NCBI GenBank assembly: GCA_965223545.1
Contig: OZ245006.1
Span: 960,001 to 1,024,000, forward strand
Direction of reading: 5' to 3'
Source: Planctomycetota bacterium
GTDB taxonomy: Bacteria > Planctomycetota > UBA1135 > UBA2386
Length of the DNA stretch: 64,000 bases
In this document: positions 20,320 through 30,311 of the stretch, piece by piece
How positions within the stretch are numbered: position 1 is the stretch's first letter
Layout: the number at the start of each line of letters is the position of its first letter
Position numbers and translations under genes: made by a program
Notes under the pieces: generated by a model
Seen by the model: only the letters and a program-made list of their open reading frames with translations
Databases searched by the model: none
Told to the model about the DNA's origin: nothing

Positions 20320-21412
20320 TCCGCTCCGCGACCAGACGCGAGAAGAGGGCCTCCATTCTTTCGGCCATCGCGGTGTGCGCGAACAAGCGACGGGTGCGGG
20401 CCGCGCCGGCGGCACCCGCCGCCGCCCGCCAGCCGCCATCGGCGAGCGCCTGGGCCAGCGCCTCGGTGAGCGCGCCGGCTTCGCCCGGCGGGACCACCAG
20501 CCCGGTGCTGCGATGTTCGACGATCTCGGGCAGGCCACCGACCGCGCTGACCACCAGGGGCAGGCCGGCGGCGCTGGCCTCGAGACACGCGTTGCTCAGG
20601 CCCTCGTTGTACGAAGGCATACAGAAGAGGTCGCTGGCGGCGTAGAGCGCGGCCACCGGCTTGACGGCGCCCGGCAGCCGCACCACTTCCCGCAGGCCAG
20701 CGCGCTCGACGCGCCGCTCGAGCTCGGCATGGTCCGCCCCGGTCCCGGCCAGCACGACGACCAGGTTCGGGAACTTCCCGACCAGCGCCGCCGCTGCCTC
20801 GATCAGCAGCCGCTGGCCCTTGCGCGGCCGCAGGGTCGCCGCGCAGCTGACCACCAGCGCGTCCTCGGCCAGCCCGAGGCCGGCGCGGGCGGTGCTCGCG
20901 TCGGGCAGCGAGGCCCACGGCGCCATGTCGATGCCCTCGTGGATCAGGCTGACGCGGTCGGCCGGCACCCCCGCCGCCAGCACCGCGCGCCGCACCGATT
21001 CGCAGTTGGCGACGGTGTGGTCGACCAACCGCCGGTAGCGACCGCCGTGCAGCCGCCCGGGCCGGATCGGGTAGTCGATCCGCCGCGTGGTCACGCGGAC
21101 GGGGACCGTCTCGCGACGGGCAAACCAACCGCCCCACAACAGCGACCGGCCGCAGCCGAAGTGCAGCACGTCCGGCTGCGCGCGCCGCACCGCCGCGCGC
21201 AGCGTCGCCGCGGTGCGCGGCCGCAGCGGGCGCCGCAAGTCGACCTCGACCACCGGGGCGGCGATGCGCCGCGCAACGCCTTCGAAGTCCGCGCCCGGCG
21301 CCAGCACGAAGTGGTTGTCGTGGCCGCGCGCGTGCAGGTGCTCGACCAGGTGCTGCAGCTGCACCTCGCCGCCGGAGAAGCCGCGTTCGGCGAGGACGTG
21401 CTGCACCCGCAT
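20297..21412 (-). CDS. GT4 glycosyltransferase
   Basis: SGGE, KGQ, PSYNEGLSNACLEA, VGGLPE. Confidence 0.88.
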   Translation of the reverse strand: MRVQHVLAERGFSGGEVQLQHLVEHLHARGHDNHFVLAPGADFEGVARRIAAPVVEVDLRRPLRPRTAATLRAAVRRAQPDVLHFGCGRSLLWGGWFARRETVPVRVTTRRIDYPIRPGRLHGGRYRRLVDHTVANCESVRRAVLAAGVPADRVSLIHEGIDMAPWASLPDASTARAGLGLAEDALVVSCAATLRPRKGQRLLIEAAAALVGKFPNLVVVLAGTGADHAELERRVERAGLREVVRLPGAVKPVAALYAASDLFCMPSYNEGLSNACLEASAAGLPLVVSAVGGLPEIVEHRSTGLVVPPGEAGALTEALAQALADGGWRAAAGAAGAARTRRLFAHTAMAERMEALFSRLVAERNVRGTQA

Positions 21413-21423
21413 CGCGGCGCTCG

Positions 21424-22500
21424 TCAGGAGCTCGACGTCAGCGACGAAGCCAAGCGCTGCACGCCCTGGCGCAGCGCACTCGGCGGCGGCGGCTCCGCCA
21501 CCGGCACCCGGGCGGTGCCGAGCAGCTCGAGGATGCGCGCCACCCGGTGGTGGTACTGGTGTGCGTCCATCACCAGCTCGTGGCCCTGCCGGGCGATGCG
21601 GGCGCGGGCCGCGGGGTCCGCGAGGTAGCGGCCGATGACCTCGACGCACTCGTCGACGTCACGGTACCACGCCAGGTGCTCGCCGTCGGTGAACACCGTC
21701 TCCAAGCCCGGCACGTAGTGCGTCACGTGGAAGCCACCGCACGCCAACGTCAAGAACGTCCGGTTGCTGAAGTAGAGCGGATCGTCGTTGAACTGGTTGA
21801 GCCCGAGGACGACGCGCGAGCTGGCGCACAGCCGCCGCAGGCCGCGGTTGGCGACCGCCGGCCGCACGCGCACCGAGTCCGCCCACGGTGCCCACGCATC
21901 GGTGACGCCGAACACCTCGGTGTCGAAGTGCTGGCTCAGGCGCTGCACGAACCGCGCGCGGTCGCCGTGCCGGCCCGGCCCACCGACGAACACCACATCC
22001 CGCTCGGGCTCGCGGGGCGGCGCCGGGAAGTGGTAGCGCGGCGAGAACCCGCTCATCAAGAACACCGCCTGGCTGACCCCCTGCTGGTGCAGAGCGTCGC
22101 GGTGCGCCGGGTTGCTGACACAGACCAGCCGTGCCTGGCGCATGTAGTCGACCATCTCGGGGTCGAGATGATCGAAGCGCTCCTCGATCCACAGCACGAC
22201 CGGCGTCCGGCCCGTGATCTCGCCCAGCAGCGGCGCCGGCAGGTCCTGGCAGAACACCAGCACCAGATCCGGCCGGAAGCTCTCGTAGACGCGACGCGCC
22301 CGCCGCATGGCGCGTTCGCCGCCGAACCACCGCCGCTGGGTCGCCATGTTGACCCAGCGCACCTGGAGGCCGTGGCCGCGCAGGGCGTCGACCAGCCCGC
22401 CGGTACACCGGCTGCGCGACATGCTCTTGCCAAAGAACAGGACTCGACGCGGCGCCCCGGAGGCTGCGCTGGCTTGGGGCTGGAGCTTGTTCAGTGGCAT
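21424..22500 (-). CDS. CgeB/YkvP-like glycosyltransferase
   Basis: DVVFVG, VLGLN, SNRTFLTLACGGF, IARQG...HQYHHR. Confidence 0.8.
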   Translation of the reverse strand: MPLNKLQPQASAASGAPRRVLFFGKSMSRSRCTGGLVDALRGHGLQVRWVNMATQRRWFGGERAMRRARRVYESFRPDLVLVFCQDLPAPLLGEITGRTPVVLWIEERFDHLDPEMVDYMRQARLVCVSNPAHRDALHQQGVSQAVFLMSGFSPRYHFPAPPREPERDVVFVGGPGRHGDRARFVQRLSQHFDTEVFGVTDAWAPWADSVRVRPAVANRGLRRLCASSRVVLGLNQFNDDPLYFSNRTFLTLACGGFHVTHYVPGLETVFTDGEHLAWYRDVDECVEVIGRYLADPAARARIARQGHELVMDAHQYHHRVARILELLGTARVPVAEPPPPSALRQGVQRLASSLTSSS

Positions 22501-22518
22501 GGGGGTCGATCCGGGTGT

Positions 22519-23547
22519 TCAGCCAGGACAGTCTCCGTGTACCCGGACACCGCCTCTCGATAACTTGCGAAACCGCTCGTACCCCTCCAGCAAAATCGGC
22601 GCCTCGCGGGGCAGGACCACCTCACGGTTCGACGGTGGAATATAGACCGAGCCGTGGCCGGGAAGCCACAACCACTTGAGCAACAAGGCCCCGAGCACCG
22701 GCGGCCGCCCGTCCAGCACCTCGAGCGTGCGGTCGCCGACCCACAGCCGCCGCAGCTCGGGGCCGCCCTCGACCCAGCGGCCGCCGCCGGCCGCCGCCCG
22801 CCGCCGATACTCCCGACCGCACCAGCGCAGGCGCCGTTCGAACTCGGTGCTGTCGCGAAAGCACCGCCGCACGCGCTGCAGCGGCGCACGCCGCGCCAGC
22901 TCCTCGCCGTGGCGTCGCGCGCTGGCGACCTCGGCCTCGGCAAAGCCCGCCGCGGTCAGCGCCGGCGCGAGCTGGGGCCGCTGCTCCAGCAGCTTGCCGA
23001 GCAACGCCACGCGCGTGCGCGCACCGAGGCCGGGCCGGCACTGGCGCGCCGACTGGAGATCCAACACCGCCACGCCGCCATCGCGCAGCGCGACGAAGTT
23101 GGCCGGATGCAGGTCGGGATGGTGGATGCCGGCCTCGACCAGCGCCTTGGTCGCGGCCGCGACGGCATCCGCTGCGGGCCGTGCGTCGGGATCGACCGGC
23201 AGCGCCGCGGTGACCAGCAGCGAGCGGTACGGCAGCAGCCGGCGCCGCGCGCCGCGCGCGGAAAGCACGGCCGGGCAGCACACCCCAGCGCGGCGCACGG
23301 CATCGAGCATGCGGGCCTCGTGCGGACCAGGCAACGCGCGCAGTAGATAGCGGATGCGGTCGCGCAGGCGGGGAAACGCCATCCACTTCGCGTAGGCACT
23401 CCCCGCGTCCGGCAACGCCCCCCGGGCCACCGCGCGCACGCGCCGGACCTGCACCGCCGTCAGTCCTGCGGGCATCGCGTCGGGCGCCGCGCAGACCGCG
23501 CGCCACCACGTTGCCAAGCAATCGCGATCGGCGGCGCTCAGCGACAC
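22519..23547 (-). CDS. LPS kinase (Kdo/WaaP/InaA-like)
   Basis: YAK, HEARML, HHPDLHPANF, VLDL kinase motifs inside an LPS operon; GTG start inferred. Confidence 0.7.
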   Translation of the reverse strand: MSLSAADRDCLATWWRAVCAAPDAMPAGLTAVQVRRVRAVARGALPDAGSAYAKWMAFPRLRDRIRYLLRALPGPHEARMLDAVRRAGVCCPAVLSARGARRRLLPYRSLLVTAALPVDPDARPAADAVAAATKALVEAGIHHPDLHPANFVALRDGGVAVLDLQSARQCRPGLGARTRVALLGKLLEQRPQLAPALTAAGFAEAEVASARRHGEELARRAPLQRVRRCFRDSTEFERRLRWCGREYRRRAAAGGGRWVEGGPELRRLWVGDRTLEVLDGRPPVLGALLLKWLWLPGHGSVYIPPSNREVVLPREAPILLEGYERFRKLSRGGVRVHGDCPG

Positions 23548-24716
23548 CCGGCCCGCTCCCAGAGCTCGCCGTAGAACGCGCGCAACCGCCGCGCGGCCGC
23601 CACCGGGTCCATCGCGCCCACCGCCTTCGCCCGGGCGCGCGCGCCGGTCTGCTGGCGCGCCGCCGGCTCCTCGACCAAGCGCGCGAGCGCCGCGGCGACC
23701 GCCCCGGGCTCCTCGTCGCAGACCACCCCACACGGGGTCTCGCCGTCCGCGTCGAGGATCGCCGGCAGCATGCCGCGCCGCGTCGCCACCACCGGCAGGC
23801 CGTGCGCCATCGCTTCGCGCACCGCGCGGCAGGTGCCGTCCGAGCCGGGCACCAAGAACACGAACTGATCCAGCGCCGCCAGCGCGGCGCGGTACTGGCC
23901 GTCGTACAGATAGCCCGGCAGCGAGACGTGGTCGGCGAGGCCGAGGCGCGTGATCGGCTCCTGCACCAGGCGGCGCGTGTCCTCTTCGTTGCCCCGGCCC
24001 AGCAGCACGAAGTGGACGTGTGGGTGGCGCGCGACCAGGTCTTGCGCGACTTCCCACAACAACTCGAATCGACGGTGCGGCTGAATCCGCGCGGTGATGC
24101 CGATCGCCACCGCTTCCTGCGGGATCCCCAGGGCGTCCCGCGTCGCCCGGCGCCGCTCGCCGTCCTCCACCAGTTCGACCGGCTCGACCGGCGGCTCCTG
24201 CACCAGCACCGAGGACGAGGGGAGCCCCAACCGCTGGACCACTTCGCGGCCGCAGGCCGCGGTCGGCGCCACGACGCCATCGGTGCGGCGCAGGGCCATC
24301 CGCAACCGCCAGTCGCGGCGCGGCGGCCGCGGTTCGTACAGACTGCGCACCACCACGACGCGGCGCGGCACCGCCCGCCGCGCCAGCGCGGCGAGCAGGT
24401 GGTCGCCGAGCAGGTGCGTGTGCAGCAGATCGAAGTCACCGCGCTGCAGGCGGCGGCGCAGCGCGCGGACATCGCGCAGCAGCGACGGCGGGTGGAAGTG
24501 CTTGCGCAGACTCAGATCCCCGGTCACCGGCATGTGGCTGCGCGCAAGCTCGCGCCGCATGCGGTGCTCGGCGCCGGGCAGCGTCCACTGCGCCTGCGCG
24601 AACACCACGTCGGCGCCCAGCGCGCGCAGCCGCACCGCGCAGCGGATCGCCGGATCCGCCGGCCCGGTCCACTTGTAGTTCGAGAACAGGTGCAGGACGC
24701 GCAGGTCGGAGCTCAC
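23538..24716 (-). CDS. GT4 glycosyltransferase
   Basis: LRVLHL..KWTGPA, REAMAHGLPVV; GTGA overlap with upstream GT2. Confidence 0.85.
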   Translation of the reverse strand: MSSDLRVLHLFSNYKWTGPADPAIRCAVRLRALGADVVFAQAQWTLPGAEHRMRRELARSHMPVTGDLSLRKHFHPPSLLRDVRALRRRLQRGDFDLLHTHLLGDHLLAALARRAVPRRVVVVRSLYEPRPPRRDWRLRMALRRTDGVVAPTAACGREVVQRLGLPSSSVLVQEPPVEPVELVEDGERRRATRDALGIPQEAVAIGITARIQPHRRFELLWEVAQDLVARHPHVHFVLLGRGNEEDTRRLVQEPITRLGLADHVSLPGYLYDGQYRAALAALDQFVFLVPGSDGTCRAVREAMAHGLPVVATRRGMLPAILDADGETPCGVVCDEEPGAVAAALARLVEEPAARQQTGARARAKAVGAMDPVAAARRLRAFYGELWERAGCR

Positions 24717-25492
24717 GAGACCGCGCTCCGCCGCCACTCGCGCCGCAGCCGCCAGTACTTCAGCCAGTCGTAGTAGCCGGCCATCGCGCTGATCAAGAAG
24801 CCGCGCCAGCCGTCGAGAAAGCCCCGCTTGAGCAGCAGGCTCTTGACCACCACCGCCGGCGGCCGGAACAGCAGATCCAACCACGTCGCCCGCCGGCCCT
24901 GCGCGTGCAGCGCGCGCGCGGCGATCGCGGTAAAGCTGTCGATGGTGCGCAGGTGATGGCGGAAGTCGCGGTAGCTGAGGTGCTCGATCGCGCCGTCGAG
25001 GCGCACCACCTCACCATCGCCATCGACCACGACCTTGTCGTGCGGGTTGGTGCCCCCCCACCGCGCCCGGCGCCGGTCGAAGAGCCGCAGCTTGCGGTCC
25101 GGCCAAAACAACCCCCGGCGCACGACGCGGCCCAGGTAGTGGTTGCGCCGCGGCATCTCGTAGCCGGCACCGCGCAGCCCCGCCGCGCGCAGCCGCTCGA
25201 TCTCGGCGCGCAGCGCGGGCGTGACCCGCTCGTCGGCGTCCAGACACAGCACCCAGTCGTGCCGCGCGGCATCCACCGCGTTCTGCTTCTGCTCGCGGTG
25301 GCCCGGAAACGGCGCCCGCAGCGACACCCGCGCGCCGGCCTCGGCCGCCAGCTCCGCCGTCCCGTCGGTGCTGCCGCTGTCGAGCACGACGACCTCGTCG
25401 CAGAACGCGAGCGACCGCACACAGTCGACGATCCGATCCGCCTCCTGGAAGGCGATCACGCAGCCCGAGAGCGGCGTCCCGGCCTCACTCAT
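24713..25492 (-). CDS. GT2 glycosyltransferase (WaaE/KdtX-like)
   Basis: DSGSTDGT, QKQNA, CLDADE, KLRLF, GFLDG. Confidence 0.9.
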   Translation of the reverse strand: MSEAGTPLSGCVIAFQEADRIVDCVRSLAFCDEVVVLDSGSTDGTAELAAEAGARVSLRAPFPGHREQKQNAVDAARHDWVLCLDADERVTPALRAEIERLRAAGLRGAGYEMPRRNHYLGRVVRRGLFWPDRKLRLFDRRRARWGGTNPHDKVVVDGDGEVVRLDGAIEHLSYRDFRHHLRTIDSFTAIAARALHAQGRRATWLDLLFRPPAVVVKSLLLKRGFLDGWRGFLISAMAGYYDWLKYWRLRREWRRSAVS

Positions 25493-25853
25493 CACAAGCT
25501 TCCCGCTCCGCCGGGTCGCCGCCGCGCCGGCGCTCCCGCGCCATGCCCTTGGCCGCCCGGCGCACGTCCCGCTGCATGCGCAGCGCCTCGCCCTTGATCC
25601 GCGAAAGCCGCTCCTGCCACTCGTGCAGCTTGGCATCGCGATCCACCGACCGCGCCGCCGCGGCTAGGATCTTGTCGCGCTCCTCCTTGCTCACCGACAG
25701 CTTCTGGTTCAGCAAGAACTGGTTGGTGTAGCCCAAGATCCACAGCCACCGCATCTGCTCGAGCATCTCCTCGACCAGGTCGACCAGCTCAAGCTCCGCC
25801 CCGTTGAGGCCACGGCTGCGGGCGCGCTTGCTGCGATCGCGGTTCGAGGTCAT
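25485..25853 (-). CDS. Hypothetical helical protein at head of LPS operon
   Basis: Coding-like composition; overlaps GT2 start. Confidence 0.7.
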   Translation of the reverse strand: MTSNRDRSKRARSRGLNGAELELVDLVEEMLEQMRWLWILGYTNQFLLNQKLSVSKEERDKILAAAARSVDRDAKLHEWQERLSRIKGEALRMQRDVRRAAKGMARERRRGGDPAEREACDE

Positions 25854-25953
25854 CGGCGGTAGACGGTCATCAGGCGGGTCAGGGCGGGTCGGGACGTGTC
25901 GGTCCCCGCGCGACCCGCTAAGGTGCGCGGCGCCGGTCCCGCGCGATCAGCGT

Positions 25954-26313
25954 ATGCGCTGCCTCCACCTGCCTTCCACCTTTGCCGCCCTGGTGCTCAG
26001 CGCCTGCGCCCCGCCCCCCGACCCGAGCTGGAGCGAGGCTGCGCGCCGGGGAGCGCAGAGCTACCGCCTGCACTGCGCGGCGTGCCACGGGCGTGACCCG
26101 CACCGCGACGGCGACAGCGGCCCGGCGATCGCCCGCGCGAGTGGTGAGCTCTTGCGCGCGAAGGTGCTGGCGGGGACGTATCCGCCGGGGCACACGCCGC
26201 TGCGGCCGACGCGTGAGATGCCGCTGTTGCCGATGGTCGCCGAGCGCATCGACGATCTCGCGGCGTATCTGGCGGAGGTGGCGCCCCCGGGAACGGCTGG
26301 AGGAGGTCAGTGA
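25954..26313 (+). CDS. Monoheme c-type cytochrome, probable lipoprotein
   Basis: LVLSAC lipobox, CAACHG, GPAI, distal Met in EMP. Confidence 0.8.
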   Translation: MRCLHLPSTFAALVLSACAPPPDPSWSEAARRGAQSYRLHCAACHGRDPHRDGDSGPAIARASGELLRAKVLAGTYPPGHTPLRPTREMPLLPMVAERIDDLAAYLAEVAPPGTAGGGQ

Positions 26314-26339
26314 CGGCTGTCGGGGCGCGCGAGGACCGT

Positions 26340-26780
26340 CGTCAGGCAGGCCACGCGCCTACCCGAGCCAAGACAATCTTGGGCGCACCGTCACTTGACT
26401 CGATCTGGCGGGCCTTGCTCAGGTGGCCCAGTTCTCGGTCGGGAATTCGCACAAGCCGAGCTCTCCCGCCGTCCTCCTCCAGGCACGCGATCCCCTTGGG
26501 GGATTTGGTTCCGCGCACAACATGTAGCCGTGAGCAAGATCTCGCCCCGCCGAACCTTTAGCGGGACCAAATCAGTCTACTCGTTCCAAGCTGCATGGCA
26601 TGTTCGCCCTCATTCTGCCTGGCGGGTGACAGCGGGGGAGATGCCGAGGGCGAGAACCTACCGGATCTCACGGCGACGGCTTGCTCGCTTCGACACGGTC
26701 GCCATCGTGGCGAACAACTCGAGCGTTTGCAGACGTGCTTGCCGGAACAGTTACGCCGGATGTGCGCCCCCGCAGGCTTC
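26340..26780 (-). pseudogene. Degraded IS256-family transposase remnant
   Basis: Frameshifted, stop-ridden segments KSPKGIACLEED, EFPTENW..HL and IES resemble IS256 KYPKAVACLEKD / DFPAEHWKHL / IES; upstream FRQARL, VLALG, W.E...L.RRG. Confidence 0.55.
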
Positions 26781-26828
26781 ACCTACGACGCCCTCGAACG
26801 CTAGCTGCGAGACTCCACCGACGCCCGG

Positions 26829-27737
26829 TTAACGAGTCACGAGATCGACCGCGGCCTGCAGCTCATGGGCAACGTAGCCCCACTCCGTGTACCCGGAGCT
26901 GATGAACCAATTGCAAACGGCACCCAAGAAAGCCACTTTCTCCGCGTGCATGGTCTTCCACGCCAGATCCGTTCTCGGCAGGCTATCGAACGCGCTATGC
27001 AAATAGACTTTCCCCTTATGGAGAATGTGACTGCGCCCAACAAGAGAGACCGCATGAGGCCGTTCACGCAATCGGTTTCGAATCTGGTCTACCGAACCCG
27101 GTCTCCCAAACTGTTTTCGAGCGTTGGCCAGGATCGTGGCATACTGATTCAGCCTTTCCTCGCTGGGTGCGGGTGGCTCGAACTCTTCCACCACTCCTTG
27201 CTCAATGTGTTCGATCATCTCACTCGACTTGGTTGTATGATAAGCGTCCACGAGCGGGCCGAGCTGCTGCTGGAATGTTACAACGATGTCCCGTAAAGCT
27301 GCGCGCTCGTCGGCGGCAATGACCGCCCCCGCGGGATTCAAATCGCGATGCCTCAGCAGCGATGTAACCTCTACAGCGTGAGGCGCGAAACAAAAGCGCT
27401 CCGCAAGGCTCCAATCCCTTTCGCGCAAGTCTTGTTGCCCTTGCTCGTTCCGATCCGCCATGCGTACTTCGATCGCTGACACGTCGGTCGCGTCATCGAC
27501 AGTAACGCTCCCGATCTCGGCCACCGGGTTCTGCGCGGCCTTGACTGGGTGACGATCCTTCGAGTCATCGTCCCCACGGGTCGCTCCCAGCCCGCTTCGC
27601 CCACCCGTGCCAGTGCCCTCCCATTGCCGCTCGAATCCATCAGATCTTTGCGAGCCGAGCAGCCAACCGGTAACGCCCACTATCAGGACACAAAGGAACG
27701 CGGCCAGCGCCTTGCGCCGATTCCTAAACATCAGCAA
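26829..27737 (-). CDS. Hypothetical N-terminally anchored protein (paralog A2)
   Basis: Single N-terminal TM; shares VE...L.RH..LNP....I...ER..L motif with 29337-30311. Confidence 0.8.
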   Translation of the reverse strand: MLMFRNRRKALAAFLCVLIVGVTGWLLGSQRSDGFERQWEGTGTGGRSGLGATRGDDDSKDRHPVKAAQNPVAEIGSVTVDDATDVSAIEVRMADRNEQGQQDLRERDWSLAERFCFAPHAVEVTSLLRHRDLNPAGAVIAADERAALRDIVVTFQQQLGPLVDAYHTTKSSEMIEHIEQGVVEEFEPPAPSEERLNQYATILANARKQFGRPGSVDQIRNRLRERPHAVSLVGRSHILHKGKVYLHSAFDSLPRTDLAWKTMHAEKVAFLGAVCNWFISSGYTEWGYVAHELQAAVDLVTR

Positions 27738-27843
27738 ACCCCCGACGTCGCACCATGTGTGGCGGAGACCGAGTGTGGCTCTTCATCCGCATCTGCGTAC
27801 TGCTCGCTCGAGTACTGAGCTGGGCGAGATCCTGGCTTTGACT

Positions 27844-28111
27844 CTAGCAGTTCGTACACCCAAGTGCCACACTGATGTCGCCTACATAGCTGGCCGCATT
27901 GCAAGGAGCCGAGGAGTACACCGACACCACGTCAACGCTCACCTTGTTGCATTCGGAGATCGCGGCGTTGTATTTGACGACAGCGTTCGTGCAAGTGAAA
28001 GAACCCGCCGCGCTCGTGAGCCGTGCCGTGCCCGTAGGCGTGAGTGTGATGGTACCCGTGTTGGAACAAGGCTCATCCACGATGCACAAGTGCTCGTGCG
28101 GCGACACACCC
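27844..28111 (-). pseudogene. 5'-truncated Cys-rich secreted protein (paralog B2)
   Basis: 7 Cys; GSFTC, SVYSSAPC and CTNC align with GTMTC, SVYTGAGC and CTELDC of 28671-29105. The 5' part is replaced by IS110 DNA. Confidence 0.65.
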
Positions 28112-28240
28112 AACGAGGAAGGGCAAGAAGCCCGCAGCGGAAGTATTGCCAGTCGTGAAGCCCAACGCCGCCGGAATCGACATCGGCAGCCGGGAGCACT
28201 GGGTGTGCGCGGCAGCACCCGAGGGTGAGTTTCAGGTCAG
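28112..28240 (+). mobile_element. Internally deleted IS110 remnant
   Basis: 28112-28222 is 109/111 identical to revcomp 54705-54815, joined to the IS right end GGGTGAGTTTCAGGTCAG (revcomp 53438-53455). Confidence 0.9.
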
Positions 28241-28268
28241 CTGCCCCATTCACGCCCTCCGCCTCTAG

Positions 28269-28580
28269 CCCAACTTCCGCAGTTCGACGGGTCGTCACGT
28301 TGAAGAATAACGACTTACGTCGATTGGTTAGCACCACATCGCAGTCGAACGGAGTGGTGCGGGGAGAGTCTCCTGGGTAGCTGGGTGTCGAGCCGGTCGA
28401 GCAAGTGCGCCTGCGCCTCGTTGGGGGTGAGCACGCAGCGGACCCGAAGCTCGCGGCCGTCAGAAGTGGGCAGGAGCTCGTCGGCGCTCTGGACCTGACG
28501 GAGTTCCTCGAGTGCGTCGTCGAACCTCAGTGCGTCAGTGCGTGCCACAGCGCTGCTTGCACTACCCGGTCGATCTGCGC
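28269..28580 (-). mobile_element. IS1634-family transposase 3' remnant with terminal repeat
   Basis: LEELRQVQSAD.LLPTSDGRELRVRCV...AQAHLLDRL..LPRRL; end sequence AACTGCGGAAGTTGGG. Confidence 0.7.
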
Positions 28581-28670
28581 CGCCGCGACGGTGGATAGCG
28601 GGCTGGCGCCGCGCCGAGGCCAAGAATTGGCCTCAGAAATGGCGGCGCACGTGCGTACCGGAACGGTCAA

Positions 28671-29105
28671 CTAGCAATCACCGCTGCAGTCCAACTCGGT
28701 GCAAACCGCGTCAATAACCATGATGCACCTGTCACCCGTGCAACCAGCTCCTGTGTACACCGACCCCGAAACTCCGTCCCAGCAACCGCAGCCGTAACAT
28801 TCCGCTTGCAGTTTCAGCGAACCGCCGTTGCAAGTCATGGTTCCGGCGAACTGGTGACTTGCCCCTGCGAGTGTGCGGCACGTGTGCGATCGGCACTGAA
28901 TGAACTCCTCACACTCGGAGCCAAGGCACCCGCAGGTTCCGTCCCACTCCAGTTCATCGCAGATCTGCGCTCCGCCAGCGGGACAAACTCCCTCGAGCCA
29001 GACAAGCGGAGTGCCTGGCTGGCACGCAACCCCCTCACATGGAGGCCCGGAATAGGTGCCGAGCATGAAGCTCAACGCCACGGCAAACAATCTTACGAAC
29101 GTCAT
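28671..29105 (-). CDS. Small secreted Cys-rich protein (paralog B1)
   Basis: AGGAGG RBS, signal peptide, 18 Cys in about 125 mature residues. Confidence 0.85.
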   Translation of the reverse strand: MTFVRLFAVALSFMLGTYSGPPCEGVACQPGTPLVWLEGVCPAGGAQICDELEWDGTCGCLGSECEEFIQCRSHTCRTLAGASHQFAGTMTCNGGSLKLQAECYGCGCWDGVSGSVYTGAGCTGDRCIMVIDAVCTELDCSGDC

Positions 29106-29336
29106 TCGCACCTCCTAGTCATGGTGATGGGGTTGGGTTTCGATAGGGCTAGCTTGGTTACTGGGCCCAGCTCTCCGCTCTGGGTTCTTTTCCTGGGATT
29201 GCGAGTCGTCCAACACGCTGCGACCGTAACGAGACCGACGCGCAAATATGATCATCTGAATTTGCGCAGCGCGCAGCGCGACGACGCACAATCTCTAGCA
29301 GATTCTGGGTGGTGGTTGCTCCAACATCGCAGACGG

Positions 29337-30311
29337 TCAATACTTGGCTCGCAACCTCTCACCAATTGCCGAAATGAAATCAACTCTGACAGCTTCAGGC
29401 AGCGCTGTTCGCGCAACAAAGAATGCGAGCAACATCGCAGATTGCTCAACAACGATATAGTCGCGAATCCCATATGCCTCCATTGTCAGAGGCATTTGCG
29501 TGAGTTCGGCTGCAAACACCTTGTCTCCACTGATCAACCATTTGGCCAGCTTCTTTCCAGGGAAGGCGATCTCTGGATCCTCGATTCGAGCCACCACGTT
29601 GACGGGAGGCGGAGGATTGGGCCCATCCAACTGCACACGCAGCTTCCGAGCAACCTCCTCTATCCTATCTCGGCGCTGCCGCAAACGCTCCGCTGCGGGA
29701 GCGGTAAGGGTCTGAACGTAGGATTCGTAGGATAACACATCTGCGTCGCTTACAAGCGATCTGCCGGAATCTATCAACGCCGAAAACTCTCGCTCGCTGA
29801 TGACTCTTCGAAGCTCGTCACACTTCCGCAGGAGATGCTGATACTTCTCTACGAGCAAGGTCAGGCCGTCACGCTCTGACGAAGGAATATATTGATCCTG
29901 GGGATTCAATAGGGTATGGCGGAAAAGCAAGTCGGGCTCCACCATCGCCGCGCGCCCATACAGGTAATCTGGAATCGAAAAGGTGGCCCGACGAAGAGCT
30001 TGCCATGCGTCATCCTTTTCCTCAGGCCCCATACCGGGCTTGCCGACAATGCCAGTATCGAGTGCGTTGCTGACATCGACGTTGCCGGTCTCTGTCGCGA
30101 GCGCGCTAATGGCCTGCCATTCTTCTGCCAACTCATCTCTCAGTCGGCGAGAGTCCTGCGCACTCAATGCTAGGGGCAACCCGCTGCCCTCCTCAACGCT
30201 CTGCTCAACCCGGTCCTCGGCGTTGCTACGTCGCAAAGCAGTCCATGTCCAGCCTCCAACAAACGCTGCGGCCAGTAGAACTGCCAGTCTCAAGACACTT
30301 GCTTTAGACAT
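29337..30311 (-). CDS. Hypothetical N-terminally anchored protein (paralog A1)
   Basis: 324 aa, N-terminal TM, LFRHTLLNP motif shared with 26829-27737. Confidence 0.8.
   Translation of the reverse strand: MSKASVLRLAVLLAAAFVGGWTWTALRRSNAEDRVEQSVEEGSGLPLALSAQDSRRLRDELAEEWQAISALATETGNVDVSNALDTGIVGKPGMGPEEKDDAWQALRRATFSIPDYLYGRAAMVEPDLLFRHTLLNPQDQYIPSSERDGLTLLVEKYQHLLRKCDELRRVISEREFSALIDSGRSLVSDADVLSYESYVQTLTAPAAERLRQRRDRIEEVARKLRVQLDGPNPPPPVNVVARIEDPEIAFPGKKLAKWLISGDKVFAAELTQMPLTMEAYGIRDYIVVEQSAMLLAFFVARTALPEAVRVDFISAIGERLRAKY

Noticed and set aside
27899..28228. 109-aa ORF sharing a peptide with ORF 54240-54845
   Set aside because: The shared peptide is an off-frame reading of the duplicated IS110 DNA
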